64,000 nt of DNA from Octopus sinensis (taxonomy: Eukaryota). The translations under genes were made by a program, and so were the position numbers. Below the pieces are notes generated by a model. It ran no database searches. It was given only the letters and a program-made list of their open reading frames with translations, and was not told where the DNA came from. This document shows positions 1-13,249 of this stretch, in pieces (position 1 is the stretch's first letter; each line of letters opens with the position of its first letter). The DNA lies in contig NC_043008.1 of NCBI RefSeq assembly GCF_006345805.1, forward strand, positions 66,960,001-67,024,000, read 5' to 3'.

Positions 1-330
1 AAAGTTCTCTGATGGACCATGCTTGGTTAAGCGTATATTACACATGTAACCACAAGGAAGAAATGCAACCTTTAGATGAGGGCATTCGTTTTATAAATTC
101 ATGGAAGCTACGTCAGTTTGACGATATTTGCAAAAGCATCAAATAAGACAGCAGTATGGAAATAACTCAAGATGGCCACTATGCCAACAACCTGAAATTA
201 CTTCAGACACGATGCAAACATGCACACTTGTCACTTCTTTGGTCTTCCAGCTTTATCAGAAAGAAATGCAATTGTAGGATACCTACTAATTGCCCCTTAA
301 ATGTAAATTGTCGTGTAATTATATTCATTT

Positions 331-936
331 ATTCTTTTACTTGCTTCAATCATTTGATTGCAGTCATGCTGGAGCACCGCCTTGAAGGGGTGTTAGTCGA
401 ACAAATAGACCCCAGGATTTTATTTCTTAAGCTTCGTATTCTATCGGTCTCTTCTGCCGAACCGCTATTCTACGGGAACGTAAACACACTAACACCGGTT
501 GTCAAACGGTGATGGAGAGACAAGCACAGACATAAAGACACACACACGTGTATATATATATATATAACAAACACCATTTTACAGTTTTATTTCAAATTTT
601 AAAAAAAACTATCATTCGATATATTATAGAATATTCATATTTTATATCTCTGAAGAGCAGAAGAGTTGTCTATAAATGCTTATCAATATAGGATTTCATT
701 ATCGGGACAACTCTTCTGTGAAACGATCGTAAGATGCTTTATCTAATTAATTCAAAACTTTTAAACTACCAAATTTATTTATACATTATATTTTTATAGA
801 TATTTACATATGTTTTTATATATATTTATTTATTTATTTATATATATTTTAATACAATAAGTATTTTCACATGGGTATATCTTTATGAGGAGTTTGGATA
901 TTAATTTCCTTATATTAATAATAAGGATATATTATT

Positions 937-983
<47 letters not shown>

Positions 984-1128
984 ACGCACAAACACGATGG
1001 GTTTCTTTCAGATTCTGTCTACCAAATCCACTCACAAGGCTTTGGTCAGCCCGAGGCTATAGTAGAAGACACTTACCGAAGGTGACACGCAGTGGAACTG
1101 AACCCGAAACAATGTGGTTAGCACGCCT
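331..1128 (-). mobile_element. tRNA-derived SINE, family A (octopus OR-type), with a secondary insertion in its internal microsatellite
   Basis: The tail is at 331-560 and the tRNA-like head at 985-1128, both matching the full copy at 59387-59800. Confidence 0.75.
645..736 (+). ncRNA. Hammerhead ribozyme with long stem II (Penelope pLTR-type)
   Basis: Sequence is tatct-CTGAAGA-GCAGAAGAGTTGTC...GACAACTCTTCTGT-GAAA-CGATCG-TA^agatg. The core is complete, stem II is 14 bp with a G.U closing pair, stem III is palindromic, the triplet is GUA and stem I is 5 bp. Confidence 0.75.
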
Positions 1129-1894
1129 GCGCTTATGTGGTTTATAAATGCAGTATCTTTAACAAATAACAGAACGCCACTAAAATATATATCGGTGTCA
1201 CGGTTAGATTTAAACGTCGATATTGAGTTTACCTTAGCTCATTTACTTCCACAAAATGCAATAATCCTACCTCAGAAGGTAACCAACCACATACATAACC
1301 TAAAAGATAATAGCATACCATGTAGTATTATTTGATCTATCATCAATACTGGATGATATCAAAGAAATATCAAAGAAATAATGACCCGTGCAATTTATCT
1401 TCGAAAAAATCGAACATAAATGTAGGTTTAAAGCATAAGCCTCCATTACCTATTGAACTGCCAGGGTGAAGCTTTTATCACTCGCGTTCACCGATTCTTC
1501 AGAACTTTCCGATTTTATCATAACTAAGTATTGTGTATCGACTCTACGCAGCTAATACCCGTATGACTACTAGGTTCCTTAACTAAAATGCCATACGCTT
1601 TCTTCACTTACATTAAACTATACTTGATCATTATTTTCTTATTTGCATTTTGGACGTCTTTAATTACTATGTCTCTTAATTCAATAACTTAGCAGACACG
1701 ATTGTGCAAACTTCTTACATTAATTAAATCATACTTCATCATTATATATCCAAGGCCATCGAAATTCCGATGTCGTCAAATGTTTTTAAATTACTATAAT
1801 TATTACTAATTAGTTACAATACATGCTATTCAGTATGTATATATACTTCAGTATGTATATATCAAGTATGTACAAATATGTAATAATAATAATA

Positions 1895-1932
<38 letters not shown>

Positions 1933-2130
1933 GACAAGATGAAGAGCGCGATGCGATTGCAATAGATAGATATTTTATTGGTTCAACCAATAAAATATTC
2001 ATTTCAATCGCATCGCGCTCGAAGAGTTACGTCAATCCTTTAAAAAAATAAAAATATAATAATAATAATAATACGTTTAAATATTTGTTGTGCAAGATTT
2101 TTTTATGTGAAGTCGTGTGTTGAAACAGAT

Positions 2131-2305
2131 ATTGTTATACTTCGGAATGGTCATTTTGCCAGTTTAGCCATTAAAAACTCCGGCCGAAATAAGATTAAGA
2201 TTAATGTAAAAAATAAATAACAATGAAGCAAAATAACACCAAATATATAGTGCGTGTGTTTTTATTGGCTAAACTGGCAAAATGACCATTCCGAAATATA
2301 ACAAT
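2131..2305. mobile_element. MITE with about 40-bp terminal inverted repeats
   Basis: attgttatacttcggaatggtcattttgccagtttagcca pairs with tggctaaactggcaaaatgaccattccgaaatataacaat. A partial second copy is at 17636-17760. Confidence 0.75.
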
Positions 2306-2719
2306 AATAATAATAATAATATTAATAGTAATATTGAATGCCCTGATGCAGTACCAAGCAGTGGATCTCATGGCTTCTGATCGGAGTGTTACCATGTACA
2401 TGTGTTGTCTTAGTATAAAAGATGGGCTACAGCAAATATTCTGCTCAATACCACAGATTTGCTTAACAGTTGCTTTACCATAACTAGTTGAACATGTCCC
2501 TTGGTGGCTGACGATATGTGCATATTTGATCAAGAGCAGAAGTGGTGGGGGAGCATCATAGCCATGTACTGAGAGGAATTCTTCGGAGTTTGAATAATTC
2601 AACCCTAGAAACATGGGTGTTTCGTTCAATATCCTTAAACCTTATTCAAGGACCTCTGAGCGGGATGGGCTAATTGACCTGATGAAAATTCTAACTGAGC
2701 CCCATCTGCAAGTTCATGT

Positions 2720-3470
2720 GCAATTTCAACCAATCAATGACGTGTATTCAGCTGAATGAAATTACTGCTGTTGTTTCTCAACAAGAAAGGCGGTGTATAT
2801 TTCGTTTGTCACTGTTTATTCATGACATATTTCATCTCAGTTATGTTTGTATGAATAAATGAATGTATCTGAAGCATGTTTATTTCATGGTACCACCATA
2901 ATCGTTCGTGCATTTCTTACTGCTTTTAGTTTTTTTTTTCCTGTTTTTTAGCTACTATTTTCAGAAATACTTTTTGCCCCCTACCCTACCCCTCCAAGTT
3001 CTTCATTTTCCATTTTTTCCGTAACTCTAACCCTAAAACCCCAACCCTAGCCTTAAAACCCCAACCCTAACCCTAAAACTCCAACCCTAAAATCTTAACC
3101 CTAACCCTAAAACCGTAACACTAATCCTAACCCTAAAACCCTAACCCTAACCTTAAAGCTAAAACCAGTACAAACACACGAACGATGTCATAAATAACAG
3201 TGACAAACGAAATATACACCGCCGATAGTTGTTGATAAACAACGGCAGTAATGTTATTCAGCTGAATAAACGTCACTGATTGGTTGAAATTACCGAAATA
3301 CGACAACTTTAACACGAAATAACTTCGTAAATATAAAGTTTTCTCAAAAACGCTAAGAGTGAAAGATGTTTTATATGACACATTCTACCAGTATACGAAG
3401 TTTGAAAGCGTTTAATAACAAAAAATTATTTTTTAAATCTGCCGGTCAAAAGGTAAAGATCCGGTGTACC
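2720..3470. mobile_element. Foldback-like element with inverted arms and an internal telomere-like (CCCTAA)n array
   Basis: 2720-2830 is the reverse complement of about 3180-3300. A degenerate taaccctaa array lies at 3020-3160. A related arm is at 13494-13760 and a related array at 14310-14355. Confidence 0.6.
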
Positions 3471-3914
3471 TTTATCAGACGAGTAATCACGATCGGCTTT
3501 GTATATTTTACCTTGGTGTCACTTTAATGGCATACACTGATCTCGCACTCAATAATAATATCATGTGATCGTGTTCGACCAGAGTATCGGATGTTGTTAT
3601 ACATCGCTGGTCAAAATGCACTTTACATCGTTTTAACTTTCGAATGATGTTCCCCCTCCCACCCCGCCACTGGCTAAGCGAGTAGACCAACAGTCCCCTG
3701 ATCGGAGGGATAGTCCGTCGCAGTTTTACCCGTTTACAGTTTAGTGGACTAGGGCAACGTGAAATGAAGTGCTTTGTTTAGGGACACAACGCACCGCCCA
3801 GTCAGGGAATCGAAACGACGATCTGGCAATCATGAATGCAACGCCCTGACCGCCAGGCCGCACACCTTCTCTTTCTCTTTATATATATATATAGAGAGAG
3901 AGAGAGGCAGGTAG

Positions 3915-4135
3915 ATATTTTCTCCTCTAGGCACAAGGCCCGAAATTTTGGGGGAGGGTCCAGTCGATTAAATCGACCCCAGTATGCAACTGGTACTTAA
4001 TTTATCGACCCCGAAAGGATGAAAGGCAAAGTCGATCTCGGCGGAATTTGAACTCAGAGCGTAGCGGCAGACGAAATACTGCTGCTAAGCATTTTGCCCG
4101 GCGTGCTAACGATTCTGCCAGCTCGCCGCCTCTCA
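3915..4135 (-). mobile_element. tRNA-derived SINE family B with Nin/Deu-like central domain
   Basis: The central gaggtcgactttgcctttcatcctttcggggtcgataaattaagtacc resembles the Deu/Nin domain. Approximate positions of other copies: 14440-14820, 15310-15550, 23160-23640, 31590-31820, 32250-32740, 44410-44570, 62040-62830. Confidence 0.75.
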
Positions 4136-4892
4136 GGCAGATAGGTAGGTATATATCAACACACACACACACACACACATATTGTTGATGTCATACGAAT
4201 TCATAAAACTTCCGAGAGAAAGTAAATTTTCTGGAATTGGAAATCTCGAAGCTCATAGGATTTTCCAACCCAATTTAAATGCTATTTATTTATTATATAG
4301 CATTTAGCTTCGCGATCCAATTTCAAAAGAGAAATACATAACATAGATACATACAAACGGATGTGAGCGCACACACGCACGTAATTTACATATAATATAT
4401 ATTATATATAATATATATATATATAAATAGATAAATTTTTATTATGTATTTTTTTTTTCATTCCTTCACTTTTTTATACTCTCTCGCTTTTGTACTTGAT
4501 ATAAGCTGATGTCGCTAAAGCTGCTCTATAATTTTTATCTCTTTGAAAAAAGAACTTCATTCAGTCTCATTTATTGTCATACACATATACACACCCAAAC
4601 ATGCACATATACGTATATGCATGTATGTGTGTGTATATGCACACGAGTATTTTTCTCCCCTTCTATATACTCTTCGCAATATCTTCCGAAAGTCAGTTAT
4701 GCTGTCTTCCAAGAACGTCAAAATGACTGACATACGTGTTAAATGAATATATATATATATATATATATATATGTACGTACGTACACACCTTTACTTGTAA
4801 ACTCAGTTCACGCTAAGTACATATGTAATGTAAGTCAACATGTTTACAATCATGCATATTTTATCATGATATTTTGTAGGAGGATAAAAGGT

Positions 4893-4928
<36 letters not shown>

Positions 4929-5092
4929 AACAGAGAGAGGGCTAGGAGTGGAGGTTAGAGATGGAGGACAGCTTTCTTCTGATATTATTATATTTACTTT
5001 TTTGCGGTAGTTTTTTTTTCATGGAATTTTTTCTTGTTTAATAATTGCTTTGCTGATACACTGATACTAGCTTTCTGATGCACACACACACA

Positions 5093-5129
<37 letters not shown>

Positions 5130-5132
5130 TAT

Positions 5133-5360
5133 GGGGCACTGGGATATGTAACACACTGCCTAAATACCAGTCTTCAGAAATTAGGCTTCTCAAAACCAGA
5201 AAGGAGAAAGCTAATTCGAAGACTACAGATCCATCCCATCACTGGAACTGTAAAAATATGTAAGACTTTCCAAAAGTACTCTGCTGTTGATGTTGGAATT
5301 CCAATGGAGGAGCCTTGGATCTAGGTTAGAAACCAGCTCTTTCTCTATTGGCAAGAAATC
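5133..5360 (+). mobile_element. 3' fragment of an R4/Dong-like (REL endonuclease) non-LTR retrotransposon
   Basis: The frame GALGYVTHCLNTSLQKLGFSKPERRKLIRRLQIHPITGTVKICKTF matches the C-terminal GALG...LQ...GT..I motif of R4/Dong ORFs. Confidence 0.65.
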
Positions 5361-5872
5361 TTGAAATAAAACTGAATAACGACATACATACATACATATG
5401 TATTTATATACAGTGGAGTCTTTATATACAAACATAATGCATTCTGGAGACATGTTCGATAACCAAATTCTTCGTTACATGAGTAACTGAGATACATAAA
5501 AATAGGGGGCATCCGTCCGAAGCTACACCTAAACTCCACAAAAAGCTATGAAATGATGCCTTATTTGTCCATTCGTTAACAGTAAATACATAACTGTATA
5601 CGTATAGTTTTTGTGTGTGTGCGCGCGCGCGAGTGTGTGAGGGCGTGCGTGCGCTTTTCCCCTTCGTATTACTTTTATCAATTTATGAGTAAGCTTTTAG
5701 CAAATATATATATATATATATAGGAGTGGTTGTGTGGTAAGTAGCTTGCTTACGAACCACATGGTTCCGGGTTCAGTCCCACTGCGTGGCACATTGGGCA
5801 AGTGTCTTCTACCAAAGCCTTGGGAGTGGATTTGGTAGACAGAAACTGAAAGAAGCCCGTCGTATATATATG

Positions 5873-5923
<51 letters not shown>

Positions 5924-6246
5924 CTGTGTTTGTCCCTGTAACTAGCGGTTCGGCAAAAGAGACCGACAGAATAAGTTCTAGGCTTCCAAAGAATAAGTCC
6001 TGGGGTCGATTTGCTCGACCAAAGGCGGTGCTCCAGCATGGCCACAGTTACATGACTGAAACATGTAAAAAGAGTAAAAGAGTATATATAAGAAATATAA
6101 TTATTTACTACCTAAAGTATTAAAACTTGCAAGCTACATTAAATGCGTACATGGACGTTAACAAACCGTCCATATGCATGCATAGTATACTTGTAGTTGT
6201 CCAAATTTCAACTCGTTGTGTAAACAACAAACAGATGTATTATATA

Positions 6247-6633
6247 CTAGCAGTATCACCCGGCGTTGCTCGGGTTTGTAAGGGAAATAACTATATAAGC
6301 ATTTTTAGAGAGTTATAGCCAAAAGATAGCAAAAAAAATGCATTAAAAATGGGAAAAAAGTGATGGTAAATTTTTTTTAAATCGTTGACTCATCGTAGAC
6401 ATTTTTAGAGAGTTACTTCCCTTATATAATAGCGAAAAAAATGCATTAAAATGGAAAAAATGATGGTAAATTTTTTTTTAAATCGTAGACGCGCGCTAAT
6501 ACCCAGAAGGGCTCGATATGAATCACGACTATAAGATACCCAGTTTTGGTTAAACTGCACCGCAAAATGTGGGAGTAGTTAGGAATCTAAATCGTAGAAG
6601 ACAGACACACAACTTGACTTTTATATATAAAGA
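6247..6633 (-). mobile_element. Non-autonomous Helitron-type element
   Basis: Minus-strand termini read a|TC...CTAG|t, with a subterminal hairpin cccgagcaacgccggg. A second copy is at 34848-35360. Confidence 0.8.
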
Positions 6634-6999
6634 TATACATACATAATACACAAAACAAAATTTATACAACTAATTATCGTTTGCACGCGCGAGTTTATAT
6701 ATCTATATAATGTTCTACTAGTACGTTAAAGAGTTAAAGAGCGAGTGGGGGGAGTGTGTGTGTGGAGAAAACCCTCTTATCAATGTTGAAGATCATTAGA
6801 GATATATTATTGAAATTTTTTCTAAGGATATTGGGGACAAAGTGACCAGTAGGGGTGGCGCTGTAGATGCATCCATACAGTTTTTTTTTTAAGTTTTCAT
6901 CGTTTCAGATCTTGCTGTACAAATAACGATTTTCTTTCATTACTTGGCAAATATTGGCAGTGATCAGTTTGTTCTTAAAATTATAAACAAAGCCACCGG

Positions 7000-7400
7000 T
7001 TTGTTTACGCTCAAAAGTCCGGATACTTTTGGCCAACAAGGCACAGCATGTCGAAACACCTGTGTCTCAGAATTCTTTGTATCAATGAGCCAAGTGTTTA
7101 AGAAACTATAGCGGGAATATTCAGCAATCACCCGGTGTCACGATTCGCTAGATTATTGCCCATGTGATCAACAAATGCTGACCAATCACAGCTTTGCATG
7201 GAATAGGTTCCAGCGACGATTTCGTCATTTGGCGCATTTCCTTCTGAGCCTATCAATCAGCATAAATTCGACACACTGTGACTTCTAGAAAAAAGGATGC
7301 CGCAGAGAAACCATTGATATACACTGTAGGAGATGGCGGACAGCAGCCGACAACGCAAAGGCAATAAAAAGTTAGAGGACGTAAAAGAGGAGTTAGTAGT
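7000..7400 (+). promoter_or_regulatory. Candidate promoter/first-exon region (CpG-retaining unique DNA, CCAAT box, YY1-like GATGGCGG at an ATG)
   Basis: Has gaccaatcac at about 7180 and gagATGGCGgac at 7333, opening MADSSRQRKGNKKLEDVKE with a possible donor gttagt at about 7392. No downstream plus-strand exons were identified. Confidence 0.3.
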
Positions 7401-9149
7401 ACGGCAAGCAACTAACCACACTTTATCTGCTGTTACAACAATTCCAAGAACAATAACGTTTAAAACTTTTGTTTTTGTACACGGAAAGAATAGAATTTGT
7501 TTATCAAAAATCGCAGTCAGACTCTTCTTCGTACAAACACAACGTCATCATAAAACGTTGTTCTCCTGAGACACAGACAACAACGCCTAACATATTTGCG
7601 TTCGAATTTACATGAATATAGTAAGAATAAATATGCAAACAATTGCCAGGGTAATTTAGTACCCAGAACTGAATTACCCTGATAATACGTGTATGAATAT
7701 AAAAAATGAAAAATCTTGGATAGTAACAAAAGCGCGTTGGAAAATGTTGATGAAAGAAAAGGAAGTGATAGTTTAAAATGTTTTAGAACTGTTTTAATCT
7801 TTTGCAGAACAATAATGGCTGCCAAAATTAAGCGTGAATTCAGAACTGATTAACTACAGAAGCCGTACCATTGCAGTTCATGTCTAAACAAAGTCAAAAA
7901 CGAATACACTTACAATAAGATGGAAAATTACATCGTGTGACAAGATTTTTGTCCTTGGGTAGCAACTGTTATTTTCTATTTGCTTACCACTAGAAAGTAT
8001 GAAAAATGGCTAATATTACCATCAAACTTCGCTTTTGTTACATTTATTCAAATCCTAAAGAATCCCCCATCAACCCATAGCTATGATGTCCCCCACCCCA
8101 CTATTCCTGCTCGTGATCAGAGCTGCACAAATTGTCAGTCACTAAGGGACATGCTCAAGTGGTTAGAGTCAAGCAACTGACAAGCAAATCTGTGGTTATG
8201 AGCAGGGTATTTGCTATAACAGTAACGATATTTCTACTTCAGTAACTCAGCGCTGAATCTGATCTACGTTATAGAAAATACGTCAGTTTCGAAACATTGC
8301 TGTTCAGGTTACAAAAGCAAAATTTGAAGGGAACAGTAGTCAGTTCCTTTGATTTCTATATAGAAGCAAATAGTAAGGAACACTTACTAACCAAAGACAA
8401 AAAAATAATTTTTTTTTTACAGTGTAATTTCTGCAATGGGTTTCCATAATGTATGTCATTATCACATACGAACTTCATTTTTCACGTGTATAGCGCTTGA
8501 ATCTATATAAGTATACAATCATATTTACCTAGGTAATTCATGAAGGCATACCTATAAGTTATGTCATTATTTCTTTTAAACACCAAACATAAGGCAAAGA
8601 TATATGTAAATCTACACACAAACACACGTGTATACAGGGCAGACAGGTACAAACGTAGGCATAGACACACTTATGCTTAAATACACTCACATATACATAC
8701 GCACAGATTATAACATCCAACCCACAAAATACATATTCAATTACATGAGATGCACGCACGCACACACATTCTGCAACTATCATATATGCAGAAATACACT
8801 CAGACACGTACATGTAATACTATCTGTATTACACCTACATATACATTACCACATACGTTTACACCCGCCCACATATGTAATATCAAGATTACACCGACAT
8901 ATACATAAATTGATCCATGCACGCACATACATGTAATGTATATATGACACCTACACCACACTACAAGATACAAACGTGTAATGTATGTCTTACACATAAC
9001 TACAATCGTCTATATAACTGCTATATGATACGCAATCAATCAACTGTAAAATTTCCTCTCCTTTACACAAACGACCGTGAACTTCGGTCTGATCTGGAAC
9101 CTTCCAACAACCTTCCACTTAAACAATATCTCTAACACATAAATCTCTC

Positions 9150-10130
9150 TTTATCTCTAATATATCTCTGCTGTCCAGGTTACACTATATTATAGCTTCG
9201 TTCAAAAAGATGGTGTCACTTACGTAGAATTTCTATTCTCCTCATGAATCCACCTCCTTTGCTTAGATTTCAGCAACGAATGCTTTGCCATTTTTGTTTC
9301 TCTCTTCCTCATTCCTCTAAGATTACCTGCTGTTTCTACTTCTCTCTTCTGACAGTAACTTAGTTTGCTCATCTATACGTCACCTGCTGTTACATCTCAG
9401 CTAAAAGTAAGCACGTCTCTTCTCATACCTTACACAAACAAGTCCCCAAACCCTAGGTACGTACAAATATCTTACAAGCTACTATGATGCAGCAATACAA
9501 AAAAAGAACATGACCTGTAGTCACTAGCGTAGCTAGGTGGCGGTGGTAGGGGCACCATTTGGGGGTCTGCTGTAGGCAATATATGTTTTTTGTGGGGTCA
9601 GGGGGGAGCACACACTCTAGCTATGCTAGTGCCTGTAGTAGCACCACTATTTCTAAATGGAAGGTTTTTGCCTGCCATCGCATCACCTGCAAGTCTGACA
9701 TCATAAAAGTAAACACCATTTTGCTCATCACACACTCCGAAATATCTCCTGTTTTTTTTTTATTTAACTGCATGCAGTCAGAGCCTTGTGGTCCCTTGCC
9801 AAGAAGGTTTCAACCAACTTTGTATAATTTTTCTATACATCACTCCTTAACGAACAGCACTTCCAATGAAGAAAGCCTTCACAGTTGGCGCCAGTTTTGC
9901 TCCCAGCTCCACACAACCCTTCACTCAAACTTTTGCCCTCCATACCTCCAATCTCTCCACTACGTATATATAGTCATAACCATGAGAATTTCTTCCGATC
10001 TTTACATCCAACAGGCTGATTCCTTCTGCGTTCTTACCATCATCCTCAAGCAGTGCACTCCAGAATAAGCTTTCATCTTCATCAAACTCTTCCAATCTTT
10101 AACTAGAGAAATCTTTCCCAATCTTTTCCT
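9150..10130 (-). mobile_element. Decayed L1/Tx1-like LINE fragment
   Basis: Interrupted frames include ...ERLEVWRAK... and a zf-RVT-like LAGDAMAGKNLPFR...C...HVLF.YC segment. Confidence 0.4.
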
Positions 10131-12823
10131 ATGCACATAGGTGTAGACATGGCTGTGGTTGGATCTATGTGGTTTCAAGTTCAATCCCACTGCGCAGTAT
10201 TCTGGGCAAGTGTCTTATACTACAGCCAGGGGTTGGCTAATGCTGTGAGAGTGAATTTGGTGACTAAAAACTAAACCTTTGTGTCTTTGTGTATACTCCA
10301 CTTCTGCCGCTTGACAACCGGTGTAAGTTTGTTTACATTCTCGTAACTTAGAGGTTTGGCAAATGAGACTGATAGAATAAGTATCAGACTATAATATAAG
10401 TACAGAGGTCGATTTGCTCGACTAAAATCCCTTTTAAGGTGCTACTCCAGCATGGCCACAGTTCAATGACTAAAACAAATAAGATAAGAGAATTTGGGGA
10501 AACTGCTTCAATTTGTCCTTGCATAACTTTCAAACAACATAGGCGAATATTGACAAAGAATCTCCATTCAACAGTGGCTACTTCTATTACCACCAACAGA
10601 TCTTCTTATTTTATACACACACGCACGAGCATAAATTAATCTTTGTTATGTGGCCGGGCTTTCACTTTTTCTAATACTGCAAACAGGAAGTTGATTTAGT
10701 TCTACAGTAGATAGATGCAACAAGAAAAAGGAATAAGCACCCAGAAAATGTATGAGAGACAGAGACGTGAGGGAGAGAGGAGGAAGACAACAAGGAAAGG
10801 GAGAGAGAGAGAGAAAGGAGATGAAGAGAGAAGAATTAAATTAAAAGATTAAGAGAATTTCTTCCCCTTCACATTTTCTTTCATCTCTCCCTTATATTTC
10901 ACTTTCTGCTCCCTTGATTGCCTATCATCTGACGTTTTCACTCTCCCACTCCTACTCTTGTCCCCCGCCCCGACCTTATCTTTTTATCTATTTAATCTAC
11001 CTCTGTTTCTAATACTCTCTTTCTCGTTCTTTCATCTTTATCACAGTAGTGCTTTTTTTCCCTACCGCGTTTCTAAACAAGACAAAGAGAATCCAAGGAA
11101 AAGAAAAACGCTTTATTGTTGATAAATTCATTGTGTGTGTGAAGTAATTATATAAACCTTGCAACACTACGTATTATCCCTATATATATATATGTGTGTG
11201 TATATATATATATACATCCACATATGTATATGTTTACAACTGTGTACGTTATTTATACATTTATATATAATAAATATACACACACAGCCACATCATATGT
11301 GAGTGAGTGTAAATTGTCTATATAAATCGAAAGAGAGAGATTTCCCGAATGTGCTATGTAAAATATATTCTAAGAAATTCTCTTTTTGTCATTCTATCAT
11401 CTCAAATTCCACAGAGCCGCCCCCGGCCAAAAGCAATTCCATTTTCTCTGCACGGCCATTTGAATCAATAATTGAAATTAGTAAAGAAATAGCAGAGCAG
11501 TTTTAAATAATCTTTAGATTCCCTTCAGTTTCAGGCAAGATTCTCGTATATCAATGAAGATAGTAAGCACTGCTAGCACTCCATCATCTGCTATTTTTTG
11601 TGATTAAGAAAGTAGCTTTGCTATCACGTGGTTCCACGTTCGGTCACAATGCGCAGCACCTTGAGCAAATATCTTCCACTATATCGTCTTTGGGTCGATG
11701 GAAACTGTGCAGAAACATGTAAGATGCACTGTTTACCTGTTTACGTATATATATGTATATATATATATATATTAGAAAAATTGAGGTAATCAGATCAGAT
11801 GGTCATATTTGTAGATATTTATTTAATATTACTTTTTACATATATATCATATCATTCGGATTAGCGCTTGCTCCCATTCTAGTGGGTTTTCAAATCAAAT
11901 CAGTTGGGGGTAGTTTGAACCTTTTTATAGTTCGTAGTAGTGGGTGAGGAGGAAGTGAGACAGAGAGAAAATATGTGTGTATGTGTGTGTGTGGTGTGTG
12001 TGTGTGTGTGCGTGTTGGGTGTGTGTGTGTGCGCATTTATATCTGAGAGTGAAGAAGTGTTATTTCCGTTGGTCTGCTGGACCCCCTGTGGTTTTATAAA
12101 AGAACTTTGGCCGTCCATTTCAATGTCACTGAGTGTGTGTTGTGCATAGGTTGGCCTGGCAAATGTCATTTGGGTCACACTTTCTATGATCATTCTGTGG
12201 AGGTGTGTGTGTGTGTGTGTCTCTGTGTGTCTGTGGTGTTTTGTGTTTTGTGTGTTGTGTGTGTGTGTGGTGTGTGTGGTGTGTGTAGTGGGTGTGTGTG
12301 TGTGTGTGTCTGTGTGTTTGGAGAAGGGAGAGGGAGAGAGACCAAAAAGAGAAAAGGGAAAATAAAAATAATAATATAAAAATAAAAAAAATAAAAAAAA
12401 AATAAAATAAAATAAAATAAAAACAAAAAATAAAAAATAAAATAAAAAAATATAAAGAATAAATAAAAATATAAAGAATAAAAAATAAAAAAATAAAAAT
12501 AAAAATAAAAATAAAAATAAGGGAGGAAGTGGAGAGAAGAAAAAATATTTTTGTGTGTTGATATTTATACCAACACATATATATACACACACACAGACTT
12601 ATACATAAAATATTTGAAAAAACCTTTTTATCGGTTCAAAATGAACAACCAAATTATACCATCTTGAAAGTTGTATGTCATAGGAAAGTTAAAACTAAAG
12701 TGACAATTAAAGGTAAAGATGGAAGTGAATTATAAAGATAATAATATATATGATGTATATAACAGGCAATACACATCTACACACACACAGATTTTTCCTT
12801 CAATGTATGTTGAGAGTAAAGTT

Positions 12824-12935
12824 TCAGCCATTTAATTTGGGGGAGAACTTAGCTATGAAATGTTTTTCCATATTCCTCCTGAAGGGGGTGTCATTCTTCG
12901 GACACTTGTAGAAGGGAAATATCTTAAATTTTCCT
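12824..12935 (-). mobile_element. Penelope-like GIY-YIG C-terminal remnant
   Basis: GKFKIFPFYKCPKNDTPFRRNMEKHFIAKFSPKLNG* matches the FPFY...R...E..FI..F.P.LN terminus of PLE endonucleases. Confidence 0.65.
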
Positions 12936-13034
12936 TCTATATATATATATATATATATATTAATATATATATTATATATATTATATATATAGAGTGTAGT
13001 GTATATGTATATATATGTGTGTGTGTATGTATAT

Positions 13035-13081
<47 letters not shown>

Positions 13082-13249
13082 AATGTATAAAATATTTTTA
13101 TACACAAAAGAAACCATTGACAAGACTCTCCTTACATGCTAAAAAAAGGCCAGTTAAAACCCTATATATATGTATACACACACATGTATGTATGTATGCA
13201 TGTGTATATGCGTATTTATATGTGTGTATATATGTGTGCCTGTGTGTGA

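Larger units (their letters stand above)
1..1510 (+). mobile_element. Decayed Penelope-like retroelement, linker plus GIY-YIG endonuclease, split by a SINE (331-1128)
   Basis: 1-325 encodes KKCNCRIPTNCPLNVNC. It resumes at about 1133 with VVYKCSIFNK*QNATKIYIGVT..RFKRRY, then ...PCNL... and LLNCQGEAFITRVHR, matching PLE GIY-YIG motifs. Stops and frameshifts are present. Confidence 0.7.

Noticed and set aside
3020-3160. Telomere or chromosome end
   Set aside because: The array is short, degenerate and internal to a repeat element.
9559-10068. 169-aa plus-strand ORF
   Set aside because: It is the antisense of a decayed LINE-like fragment and has no recognisable protein features.
11900-12592. 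230-aa ORF, the longest in the track
   Set aside because: It is a translation of (TTTTA)n and (CA)n repeats with no coding signature.
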